This document shows positions 51,764 to 64,000 of a stretch of DNA of 64,000 bases, one piece after another. The stretch is from the NCBI GenBank assembly GCA_030141605.1, contig JAQGDQ010000006.1, positions 372,001 to 436,000 on the forward strand, in the 5' to 3' direction. Origin of the DNA: Tubiluchus corallicola. Taxonomy: Eukaryota > Animalia > Priapulida. How positions within the stretch are numbered: the stretch's first letter is position 1; the number at the start of each line of letters is the position of its first letter. The notes beneath the pieces were generated by a model. That model ran no database searches. It was given only the letters and a program-made list of their open reading frames with translations, and was not told the origin of the DNA. The position numbers and the translations under genes were made by a program.

Positions 51764-53033
51764 ATCATATAGGTACATTAGTTTAGTTGCTCCAAAAAGT
51801 TTGTTCTCTTTCTGTGTTTTCCTAAAATTTCTCGCTCAATGAAAAAACATTGATGGATACAAGGGCCAGGTACTTGGTGACTTTTTTACTTGAATTGTGT
51901 TTATGCTTGATAACACAGTGAAAGCATACATATATGGGCACCAAACAACAGTTAAGAGTAACCATGATGTAAATCATTTATCTTGTTTTTTTACATTCGT
52001 CTTTCACAAAAGCAAGCATCATTTTCATTACACATAAAGTGTAAACCACGCAATATAAATAAGGAAAACTTAACTTCAAATGTGTGAGGACTATTATAAT
52101 TTATAATAATACTCGAAACTACTTCTGTAAATATTATTGTCTAAATCATCCTGTACACAATAAGAGCTGATTTTATAGTTACATTCACTGGGGAAAACTA
52201 TTGCTTTACGTTACAGGCAATTAAGTGGCACACTTCCTTCGGGATGCTTGTGTAGACCAAAACTACTCAAAATCACCTGGTTTTATACATATATAAATTA
52301 TACAAATATACTACACAGCCGACAAACGAACCAGCAAATCATAAACGTAATTATGAACAACTGCTACGGGCAAAAACAATACTGACGAAAAAATTTTTAT
52401 TTCCTATTATTATATTTCCTACTATTTCCTATTAGCTTGCAGTCACGCATTATACGAATAATAGGCCACATATCTTTTAGAATAGCGATACAGCATTTGC
52501 CTTCACATTTATGATGAAAAGCATACAAAAATAAGTTGATTGCTCTTCACAAGCAATCATAGAAACTTGATAACAATATATATATATATATAATATAATG
52601 GTACTGGTGTATACAAAAATATACAAAAACTAATAGGTATAGTGGACTAAATCATTATGCATCTTATCAATACATACGTTCTTATAGACTATACTTAAAT
52701 TTAAATGGTTACGTGAGGCTCTGCATTGCAATCTGGATGCCGCACTAAAACGCATTTTATCTAATTTTAAAAACCTACATATAACTTATTAAAGAACAGC
52801 ATTTAAAAATCTGTAGATTATAGAAGAAGTTTACGTTAAATGTCATGCTGCTTTTCTAAAATAACAAATTCTGAAAATCAACGGGACGTTTTAGTTGTTA
52901 AAAAACAATAATGCTTGTACATTTCGCATTTTTTTACCATTTTTATATAATTACAATGTTTATATATTTATAATTTATAATATTTGTAAATTAAACAGAA
53001 TACAAATCATGTTTCAAAACACCATTCCGAGAT

Positions 53034-53120
53034 CTATACTTCTAACAACTCCAGTAGTTCGGACGCTGTTGGCCTTTCGCATGGATCAGGGTTTGTACAT
53101 TTTCGAATTAATTCCCTCAG
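53034..53120 (-). CDS. Protein kinase-like gene, terminal exon (subdomain XI)
   Basis: Acceptor tgtttttcag|; LRELIRKCTNPDPCERPTASELLELLEV, stop TAG; matches LI..C...DP..RP.A.ELL. Not in the ORF track. Confidence 0.72.
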   Translation of the reverse strand: MRELIRKCTNPDPCERPTASELLELLEV

Positions 53121-53532
53121 CTGAAAAACAGTGAAATATAAAAATAGTTTTTACTATTGGGGTGAATTGTTTATTTGGCTAAATACCAAGTTAGCACAAT
53201 ACTGCAGGTGCCTTATGTATGACTACTGTAGAATAATTCAACGTATGGTATGCAAATGTAGTTTATTATGCCACATTGCATATGCATGTATATTCAAACT
53301 TGGGTTGAAGATAAGTACCTGTATGGTCCCCATAAATAAGGCTACCAATTTCAAGAATTGTGAAGTGACAAAGATATATAGTAATGACACCTAAAATGAC
53401 AGCAATATCATAACGATCAATGGCATGGTGACAGTGACAGTATGATTGTGATCATTTGCGCTAGTGACAGTACGATAATGACAACTACTTATGGTTAGTA
53501 AGATTATGATAATTCATAGGCTCGTAGCAGTA

Positions 53533-54407
53533 AATAATAAGTTCGGCTCGAATTATTACTTGAGGTGCTCGCTGAACTCAAGATAGTGGATTTCGTCAAT
53601 GTCGCCATCTTGAATTTAAGACAAAATTGGAAATGCAACTTTGTCAATCGGTGTAGAATTCGTTCTAGTACATATTCCTGTGGGGTTTCATGAGGACCTC
53701 CTTTTTGAATTTGTAAAGCCTTAAGCTTTTCTCAAGAATGATGATATTACGTAGTAACATCTATGATTGCTGAAATTTAAAATTCAAGATGTCACATCAA
53801 AAATCCGGCTCCGTCAATCGATGCGGAATTTGTTCTAGTCTATTTATAGACATTTTATGACGATCTAATGCAAAATGGCGGAGCCGCGGGCTTTTTTTAG
53901 AAAATAGTGTCATCGTCAATATCTTGAAAACAAAATGGCGGATAAAAAATCGACCCCCTCAATCGATGCGGAATTTCCTCTAATATATTTATGTAAAATT
54001 TCATGACGGTCATTGCGAATTGGCGAAGCCTCAGGCTTTTTCCGAAAATACAGTTATCGCAGCCACCTTACATTCAACACAGAAATTCGAAAATCCGACT
54101 CCGTCAATAGATGCAGAATTCTATCTAAGCTACTTTAGTAAAGTTTCATGACAATCAGTTGCCAACTGACGGAGAATTAGACCTTTTTCCTTAATTAATA
54201 TTTACGCCGTCACCTTGAAATCAGAATGGCAGGTTAAAAATCCGACTCGATCAGCCAATCCAGAACATACTCTAGTATATTTCTGTACAGTTTCTTGACG
54301 ATCCATTGCGAACTAGAGGAGCCTTAGCCTTTTTTCAAATTTCACCCAACAACAACAACAACAACCAAATGAGTTGCGATTTGGGTGGATATCTCTCGGC
54401 CAATAAT
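53533..54407. repeat. Interspersed element with about five ~145-bp tandem units and a (CAA)n tract
   Basis: A ccgtcaatcgatgcggaatt..ttcatgacg..ggcggagcc core recurs at about 53641, 53811, 53957, 54101 and 54248; (caa)n at about 54347-54365. Confidence 0.8.
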
Positions 54408-54479
54408 TGTAAAGTAGTAGACATAGTAAAAATAACGATGAACGCAATGACCATGATAATATAGAAGCAAATTCCATAC

Positions 54480-54691
54480 TTTCTGCAGTATTTCTTCGTC
54501 ACCAGAAGTCTCCTCTAACCCAGGTATTTCCAATAGGCTCTGCACTGACCCGGCTTTAACAAGATCTTGCTCTTGATCATTGGAAGGAACTGTTAACCGG
54601 TCTGTCGTGGTGGAAGTACCTTCAAAAACGATAGTCGGTGGTCTTGATGATGTTTCATCTGCGCTGACCGTATTCTCCATTTGTAATGGTT
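54480..54691 (-). CDS. Protein kinase-like gene, penultimate exon (acidic Ser/Thr-rich)
   Basis: Acceptor ttctgtgcttacag|, donor AAA|gtatgg; phase 0 joins the terminal exon in frame. Confidence 0.65.
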
Positions 54692-56651
54692 CTGTAAGCA
54701 CAGAACAGAAATAATTTTAGTTGTTCAAGAATTTTAGTCATCAGAATTAATGAAGGAAGCCGTAGGTATTATCTTAGTATCAGAGGGTAGGCCATGTAAG
54801 AAATGACCTAATAAATAATAAACGGCAACCTATAGCTATTATAAACTATGCATATCTATTATTTAAGTGCAGAAGTGTGTCACCTAAGACATAATTTGCC
54901 GTTTTTTTTACGTTTCCCTTTGACACCATTGCAAAGTTTACCTTTTTGCTTTTAATTTTATTAAAAATGTCTTCTCGTCGTCTCTTATCACTACTGATTT
55001 TTTACTTTTGTGTTTTTATCTGCTTTCCTTTACTAAAACTTAATACAACAAATCTTGTAACAAGTTGCATCATATGCCATGTAAGCCTAACGTATCAGTA
55101 TAGCACTCTCATTAACAGTAAATAAGAAGCATAGAAATTTTCTGTAATATAACGAATAGCTTTTTCTCACTCATTAATTTATAGAAGTCTCGTAACAATA
55201 AACCACGTCTTAGGAACCATAATTAGAGAACTCAACAGTTTAAATCGATAATTGTATACATCTCCTTGGCTGGCATATAAATACTTGCAGAATGCTTACT
55301 GTTATATCATTGCCTTTTGATCACATTTCCTGTTCAAATTGTCGAGTCAATTATTTCTCGACATTGACACGATTTCACGTCAATTCAGCTGTATCCACAT
55401 GATGTCAGACGTGGCTTCAACAGAGAAGGGTATTTATCCATTTCAATACGCAAGTTTTTCAGTTGATAGCAGGTTTTTTATATTTAGGATGTAGTGCTAC
55501 ATCTCATTTATGTAGGTGAACTATGGATTCACAGTGATGCAAGCCTGTAACTACAGAAACTATTATTCTTTTTGTTGCTTGGCGTGATACCGTTATTTTG
55601 TTATCATTATGCTGTGTATTGTTATATAATCGTGAAAATATAAGTCACGATTTGAGCACAGTCGTGCTATTTTATTATGGGGTGTTTTACAGGGAGAATA
55701 ACTGCATACATTGATCTTCTTAATTTATTTACGTTTTATTTGCAACATTAAATTTTTATTGCAAACTCGCACGAATTTGTTTAAAATTCTATCGATATTT
55801 TTAACGTCTCTGTGCAGATTTTGTTGTTTTCTGTAAGTCAATGCGGGACAAGCAAGGCAGCTCTAAAAGGAGGCTTTAGCAAATTAAATGTTTGTAAATG
55901 CAGATTCCGCAAAGGTTATGAATTCCGGAAGAAGGAGAATATTATCTAAAGAGAAATATTTGAATACTATAATTTAAAAGTTGTAAAAAACGTTCGAATA
56001 ATCGAGAGTCAGTTACTCGGGGCTGCAAAATACTGAGAAAAACGTAGCTGCTATATCAGTCGAAGAGCCATCAATATTGGAAAGTTGTTTTACCCCAATA
56101 AAATTTCCTATGAAAGTTGCTCCTGGGGTGCCTGTGGGATGGTACAACTTTCAGGAACTTGAAGTTAGACTTCACGCTGTCTTCATGCTAAGCATGCGCT
56201 TAAGTCTAGTACGTAGTCCACTATGCACACATTATTGTAACTGTTGTCCTGCGCATCTAATCATACAGTAAAGTAATACCTTATCTGCTTTATTGTAACG
56301 CTAATGAACAAAACTGCTTAATATTATCTTCTTTTTCAAATCGGTCTATTCCTTTCATTCAGTCTTATTATTTGTAAGTACATTTTGCCCTGGGCCTACA
56401 TCCATTTCAGTACGTCATTGGCAAGTAGACTAAACCCTGATTTTTTCATTTCCTGCCACGGTGCAGGAAGACTGTTTGGGATTGCCCCAAACTTGTTCTT
56501 TCAGTTACATAATAATTATATAATTATATGTCTTTAGGCAAGGTACTCGCACATTATGTGTTTCGAGCCTTACCTCACTTTAAGTTGTCATCTGCTCTTA
56601 AAATATTTTTGCAACTAAATATTTTCTAAGCAGCGAGTTATAATCTCTCAC

Positions 56652-56719
56652 CTTTGTTCTTTAACAAGCTGTTCTTCTCTTCCGGAGTACTTTTATCTGT
56701 AACCACTTCATACTGCAAC
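56652..56719 (-). CDS. Protein kinase-like gene, probable upstream exon
   Basis: tttttag|g LQYEVVTDKSTPEEKNSLLKNK G|gtgaga; phase 1 fits the next exon; YEVVT resembles subdomain IX. Confidence 0.5.
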
Positions 56720-58839
56720 CTAAAAATATGTATATAAGAAGCAGTACAAATCACTCTCTTATATCGCTGCATTTTGTCAACGCAACCTGTATTTGTGACA
56801 AGCTGCTGCACAATGCATTGCATTTATTACCTGGGCAGCACGTTTTTCACGTTAATTTTGCGCCCAAGTCAACCACATCTTGTCGATAGCCAATACACGT
56901 AAAGTGCATCAGGCAATTTTTCTGTTATTGCCTCTATTATTTATCGCTATATACCACTTAGTGTGCAGCTCGCAGCGTTGGTATATGCTGCAAGTAAAAA
57001 AGGTGCTGTCGAAGACAACAGTATGTAAATTTCAGTCTTATTAAACAGCCTGGCTCTAATATCGATTGCATCATAAAAATTTACTACAGGAATCTAGGGT
57101 AACATAAAGTTAAAACTACTAGACTACTGATTCTTAGGCTTTTGTTTCTGTTGTTCGTCTCAGAATAGCAAGCAATTTAACGAATTAGTAACCACTGAAA
57201 GCAGGCTGGATCACATGTAACACAAGTCGCCAACGCGTGATATACATATATCATTTTTACGTGGCCACATTTATGGAATAAGCCGTATTGTTCTCTTTTG
57301 TGTGGAAACATGAAAAATGTAATACCTCATTGACAACAAAGTGAATAAACCTGGTACAGCAACTTCTGAATAGAACCGCCCGCAGCGTTAGGGAGCCGGA
57401 AAATTTATTAGGGTTGGTTCGTGACAATAATTTTGTTCAAAATTACTTGTATATAAATAATATAAATGTAAAATTATAGCGTTATATAAATTTTTAGATT
57501 TTAGTCGCTTTTGAATATACTTTAGCATCATTGTACTTCGTGTCATTTTAAGCAATGCAATTAATTTACATTTGTCTTCATATTTAACTAGAGTGCAGCA
57601 ATTTCCCGAGTGTTAGCTTGGAAAAACTTCAGTTATGCGCTCTGTCCAACACACTTTTTTAACTTTACCTCGAAGTGAGTTGAAATAATCTTAACTCAAG
57701 GCAAAACTTTTGTCAATTCGAATTCGTTAATCAATTATTTAATTAAAGTTGTTAAATTAATTAATTCATATAAATTGCATGTTCCCATGATCCAATTGAG
57801 TTGAAAGGTTGATAGAATGATAGGTTGGGTGTTTCAAACATACACAGAAAATACATTCATAAAGAACGATTTAAACTATTTAAACTATTTTACCAACAAC
57901 AGAAGAACAATGATCATTTAAAATTTTTGTAACTGAAACGATTTTCTTATTTTAGTTTCATTTCTTTGGAAATTGCTAGAAATGAGTGAAGAGCGGGGCC
58001 ATTGCTAGACGTTAATGTTTTTTTTTACTTTGCTGGAATCTAATCCTTTGTCAAAGGTAATCCTTCGAGATGAAACACTGTGTCAGCAGTAGTGGCTTAG
58101 CTATATTCTGATATAGGTACATCCTCGGGCGTGTAATTATCAGGCAGCAGGTGGCAGATGAGACTACTTTCCTGGTGGTCATCCATCCATTTACTAACAA
58201 AGTTTGCAATTGAAATTTCTTAACCAGAGTTCTCAGCTATTTCCCTTGAGAAGCAAATTTTAACATTCATAATGTCCATCTCATTATAGCCATAAAGTAG
58301 CTACTTAAGTTATGCAACTTCAGTTCTAACACTGTACAGCTCTGCGCAGCAGTTTATATATACATGTATGAGATATGCACGCGGATTTCTAAAATGACAG
58401 TCAGCAAAAATGCTTAGTAATGCAGAAGCCCTACTAAAAGTCCTATGTCAACATTCTACATCATTTGTTAATTAAGCATATACCACTCATAGATGGAATA
58501 ACTGATAACTGTATATCCAAGTAGTAAGTACACAAGATGAACTAGAAGAAACTAATAATTTTATTTGCATTTAAGCGGTAAAATGATTAGCAGTTGACAG
58601 CCATAAGCAATACACTGCATCGCATGTTGTTGAGTAGTGAGAATGACATGCCATTCCATGCAATGGCGTTGCGGCATACGATTTTGTGTTTCAGGAATGG
58701 CACACAACAGGAAACGTTTTTTCAACAACCTTGAACAGCAAGAAAATCTACTGCTTAGAAACGTAAGATGTCCAAACCTAGTAACCCTAAATATTAGATC
58801 ATAACCTATCTTCAAATTAGGTCCTACAACAGTAACTAA

Positions 58840-59400
58840 TGCAAACACTTGGCAGCCAGTCTGACATTTTGTTGCTAAAGGACGATTGGTTTACCTGACA
58901 GTGAATAACTGAACAAAGTTTAGTAACTAAGTTTTGGAATTGGATACTTCATAACTTTACTTGCAGACATTTCATGATTGTACAATTAGAAACTAAGCAA
59001 TTTTCAATCCAGACACTTGGTAATGAAATATCCAGTACCAAATGACTTGGCTGCAAAATCTTTATGTATTTGTCAAATGTCATGTTATCAGAACATCAAC
59101 CACCGTATACAGCTTTGTTGGCCAAGCGTGCAGTTACTAAGCGTACAATTACAAAATTAACATTATAACATGGACACTTGGCAATTTGGTCATACACTAA
59201 CCTAATAATTTGGTAATTGGGACGTTTGCTAAACCATATACTTGGTAATCAGACACTTGGTAATAGTACGTACATCAGCATTTTAAATCTAGCATTCAGT
59301 AACCAAACAATTGGCAAGTGCGGAAAGATTTGCAACCCCGGTACTTGGTAACCTGGACACTTGATAACTAACTCACTTTGTGGTAAACCAGACACTCCGT
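58840..59400. repeat. Degenerate array of gacacttggtaa-type short units
   Basis: acacttggYaa-like units at about 58846, 59012, 59173, 59240, 59252, 59343 and 59356. Confidence 0.55.
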
Positions 59401-62399
59401 AAAGATTTTACAAGTAGGACTTTAGTAATCTGTTGCGTGATAAACATTACATTGAGCATCTTGTGCTGCAACACTGTTCTGTACAATGGAGCGTCAGTCT
59501 CGTTACTGCACAACGCGCTACAGAAGAGTATTGCTTGCGGCGGTCAACTGCTAAGCTTTGAGTAAACTGCTTCAGTAAGCATAAAAAATTCTTATTTGTC
59601 TCTTGTGACTCACCGTGCTTGCTCACACACAATAGTTCGCATATAGATTATTGCACCTTTGAACCGTGTGTGAATAATTGACAAATGTATAATCCTGTAT
59701 ATGTAAACCGCAAATAGTGAAATTCATATTAATAAAATTAATGAAATCTGATTTCAGTGACTATAAGACTTAAAACACACTCACATGATTATTGATTCAT
59801 AAAATCAGTTACTTTGCCTAATCTTGTAACCACTGCACGTAAAATTTAATATCAGTAACACCTTTGTAATAGTAGTAAAGTCACGGCTTCTATACAGCTA
59901 ACATTTCTCCGATGTGTTCATGCAATGCATATAACTCATCAATAAGTGTAACATTTTACCCAAGCCATATTTGCCTGCAATATTAACACGTTTGACGTCA
60001 TGGATGCGTAAAAATAATAACAAAGCCCAGCGATTTAATTAAAATAATTGAGTAGCTCGTGCGAATAGTACAAAACATGCTCATTGTCGAAATTTTTATA
60101 TTATGCACGTGATGACTAAATTCAGTAGCTGCGTATTAGTCACGTAATGAATGGGTTCACTCCTCAGACTCTCGTGAACCTCTCTGCATAAGACAATTCT
60201 TTATATTTATACTAGAGCTCGTAAAAGGCACTGACAGTGTTCTCCTTATTGCTGTTTTTCTGGTATATAAACATAATGAACAAAGGGCATTACTCTGTTG
60301 GATTAGCCTCTAGTAGCGCTCAATGGAATCTCAAAGCGGGAAATAATTGCTCCCTGTACAGTTCGCTATTCACGGAATTCGTCGTGCCATATGTAACACT
60401 TATTCAACCGATTTGCAACCTAATCACAGTAGCTTAATGCGTTACTTTAAATTCTTGGGAATGCTCAAACACGACTGATCTAGAAATGAAAGAGCAATGG
60501 AATTAGGATAACCTTACACAAAATGTCACCCCTGATAAGTGCCCTATCCATATTGACTGTCTGGACATGGAAAATGTGTCTGACTTCCTTAAAGTAGTAT
60601 ATATATATATTATATAGTATGCCTATTATTGATGCAGTTACATTAAAACTCGAAGCAGTAGTGTACAATTGACGGGCAAACTTTCAAATGATAGTCGCGT
60701 GCGTGATACCCTAATCCAAACAATCGGTGGTCTTCGCTAATTAACAGTAATAACTCCAAAGCAATTTGAAAAGCCATAAACTGGAATGACAGTGTTAATT
60801 GTGACAACTTCTGACACCAATTGTGACATTATGTGGTGCATGATATTAAAGAATAAACTGATTTGTCAGAAATACCAATTAAATGTTTTCTTTTTTGAAC
60901 TAAGCACACCACAGTACATCACGTGCATAAAAAGAAAATGAAAATAAAGATAATAATGCTTTTTCACACTATAATCCCTCAAGGCAAGGCCTTTTTATCC
61001 AAAATTGCACGAAGGTTCTAGTAGATTGGTTAAAACCGGAACACGGGAATTCTTTGCGTCACAACCAGGTATTTTTAAATTCAAGAATGAACAAAAGGAT
61101 AAACAACCGTGACTGCTTTTTTATAAAAACTTGCAGAACTATTTAATGACAAATTCTAGGCTATAACATTATTAATCACTTCTGTATGTCAATGTAACAA
61201 AGTTTCAAATAACCCGAGCCCAGGTTAATTTGCAGACTAGGAGAAGAAAGAATATTTACCAGAGAAAACTTCCATTATCAACACAGCTATACCAATGGAC
61301 AATTGGATATCGTTTTGCCGAGGTGTCATGAGCCCGCCATGAACATGTGTCGAAACCAATAACTGCAGAGAAGCTGCACGCGTTGTAGGTTTAATCAATC
61401 CAGCGGGTTGCCAGAAACAATGATCCAGAAGCTACAAAAACGCCTCCGTATGCTCCTGCTCCCCAGGAGTCGCCAAAATGGCGGAGTTAGCGAGAAAAGG
61501 TTCTTGTTCCGACAATTCGGCGGTAACAACATTAAGCATTCTCAGGCTCAACTGGATTCTGATCGCTCTGGACGCCCGTACTTCAGCATCTCCACTAGCA
61601 ACTAACGTGGACTGAACTTTCAAACGGGACAACGTACATGACGAAGTTTCACAGCTACTTCTAAAAAAGAAAAGAATCCTTCTGGTCTCCTCTCCGAGAA
61701 ATAGATAATGAGGAACCAAAATCACTTGTTTGAGATGGCAGTTAATAATGAACTGTTTTGCTGCCCTTCTCGATCCAACAGATTACAGGATCACCAAAAA
61801 TTTGCTGCAAAAGCTAAACCTTTAATGTCACTGACAACGAAATCACGGTTCAATAAATCCCCGAAGTGCGATAATTTACCTATGCATAACCATTGAAGTC
61901 GTGCGGTGAAAAATTGCTATCAAAAACGGAAAGGGGAGAAGCATTGAAGGACCAAGCAGAACCCAACCCAATCACAGTACAAAAGTGAACATTTCGGTGC
62001 GCTAAAAGACAAAGACAAATACAAGATTTATTTACGGTCGCTCATTTAACAGACAACATTAACACTAACGGCCATTTAACGACATGTACAGTTAAGGACA
62101 CACAAACAACGGATAACACACAGGGCAGCAAACGCTAAAAATTAAATGTGTACAAAATGACCTCCAATGTAGCTTTAATACTGACGAGGACAACTGGGAT
62201 AATGAGCCTAAATCTGACACTCTCCAATGAGACCACTGAGAGTATTTTGAAAAATTGTTATAATCAAAGCCTGTTGAAAATTTCGCTGACGTCGACAACC
62301 TGCTAGACGGTCCATCGATTCTCATCATCCACAGTCCCATCAACAGTTCAAGAGGGCAGCAATGCTGTAAAAGGTTTAAAATTTATTTTATTTCTTTTT

Positions 62400-63960
62400 G
62401 TTTTATTTCGTAATCTTTTAGTGCCAACGGAGGCCACTCCGGCATTCGTCCGGATTTTGGGCAACCCCGATAACATTTTTAGCGTTTTACTTAATAGGAT
62501 ATTTGTTCTCGAATGCTATCCAACAGCCTGGTCTTATTCTCGACTCATTGCATTATTTAGAAAAGGAATAGCCTCTGTAACTGACAACTAATGCGGGATT
62601 GCTATAACGGATGTTATAGCTAAGGTGTATGATAACATTCTGAACGGAAGACTGTAACTAAATAGTTTTAGTCGGACCGTAGGCAAACAAGCTCTTGGAA
62701 ACGGCGTGGTTGTATAAAACAAGTTATTACTTTATGCTTGCTATCTGACTATAAAAAATGTACGAACAAAAATTCCGTGGACTTTTCTAAGGTATATGAT
62801 CGCGTGCCTAGAAATCATTTGTTTCATTTAATGTAATGGAGTAATGATGTTAACAGCGCTTGCTGTTACAGTAATACTCGATTCATTCTGGAATTAGCTG
62901 GAATTACAGCCTCCATAGGAATGCGCCAGGGGGCACCCACATCATATACATTGCTCACCCTGTATGTGAATGGCCTGATACGATAGCTAAAAAGTAGCTG
63001 TCTCTCAGATATGTTTTTAGGCTGGCTTCACTCGCTAATGCTAATGAGACACCGCACTTTAGCTATTTCTAGGCTGCTTAAACAAGGTGCAAACTCTCCT
63101 CGATTTTTGCAGTGAGCTTAGTATGCAGTTGAGTCAAGGCAAAACAAAATTTATGGTAATAAGTGGGGATAACAATGATAGGCAGGCATTTAATATCGAA
63201 GACGCAACTATAAGAAACTCTTCCTCGTATACTTACTTTGGAGTGCCCTTTGCGCAGGATGACAAAATCAATGGATACCTAGAAACCCATACGCGTGAGA
63301 AATACCGCCATGTGCTCAAATTTAGCATTTGTGATGAAAGATACTCCGTTCAGCATTATAATTTACAATACTGTTTTGAAGCGAATCTTAGATTGCTAAA
63401 GATTTGAGAGACATTCAAATTACGTCTCTATAACGATGTGATAAAAGGTCTACTTGGTGTCCGCAGAACGATGACCAACGTACTGAATTTTTGAAAATTG
63501 GGTTATCCCGACTTGCCTGCTGCCGGCAGTTTTTAAAGCACCTCTATGTAAATTTTTTACCCGAATGACAAATGAGCGCCAGTACATGGTTGATGAACCG
63601 TTTAATTATGCCTGAAATCTGATAAATCCTGAATTGAACACACACCCCATATGCACAGACAAATGTCACGAAACAGTTCATGTTCCAGAATACAAAAGGA
63701 CTTCTCCTCCGTTTAAACCTTTCTGCACATAGACTGGCTATAGAAACTGGGCGGTGGAGCCGAACTCCAGGAGATAACCGGAAGTGTACGTTCGAATAGC
63801 GCGACAGCCAAGAATTTCAACATCAGAATCATGTGTTGTGCCTGTGTGCTGAGTCCCAGTCAATTAGAAATAAATACGGACATTTAATAGACTTTCAAAA
63901 TATTGGAAATGTTTTTAAAATTTGAAAGTTGTGATGCAGTATGTTCTGCCATTTTTGAAA
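62400..63960 (+). mobile_element. Degenerate non-LTR retrotransposon (CR1/L2-group) RT and C-terminal domain
   Basis: DFSKVYDRVPR (about 62780), GMRQGAPTS (about 62918), KTKFMVI..YTYFGV, LSAHRLAIETGRWSR (about 63718); multiple stops and frameshifts; 5' limit uncertain, may extend to about 61200. Confidence 0.8.
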
Positions 63961-64000
63961 CGTTGAACATTTACAATACAATATAGAACTTTGTCTTGCC

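Noticed and set aside
53570-54340. CRISPR-like periodic array
   Set aside because: Eukaryotic context, whole units are homologous (no unique spacers) and there are no cas genes.
59612-60570. Candidate further kinase exons (..GAIIYMRTIVCEQAR|gtgagt near 59612; TVNMDRALIRGDILCK near 60515-60560)
   Set aside because: Plausible splice signals but no clear kinase motif; cannot be linked without transcript data.
61408-62343. Several 60-100 aa ORFs on both strands
   Set aside because: No recognisable domain; adjacent to and probably part of the decayed LINE.

Overview
AT-rich, intron-rich animal (invertebrate bilaterian) genomic DNA, not prokaryotic; most short ORFs in the track are spurious. Hand-splicing gives five complete genes and one partial gene: BAMBI (+, 3 coding exons, 274 aa), ARL6IP4/SR-25 (-, one coding exon), an L-galactose-dehydrogenase-like aldo-keto reductase (+, 9 exons, 331 aa), a secreted 459-aa protein that looks like a TGF-beta prodomain with NO mature cystine-knot ligand (-, 6 exons, one GC-AG intron), KLHL10 (-, 2 exons, 610 aa) and the 3' exons of a kinase-like gene (-). 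Intergenic and intronic DNA holds CR1 and RTE LINE relics, a DD41D mariner derivative, MITEs, and a composite non-autonomous Helitron that appears to record 3'-end bypass and capture of a minisatellite. The most interesting observation is the ligand-less TGF-beta prodomain gene lying about 28 kb from the kinase-less decoy receptor BAMBI, with Smad-type motifs clustered in both genes. All gene models are manual and family assignments come from remembered motifs, not from database searches.
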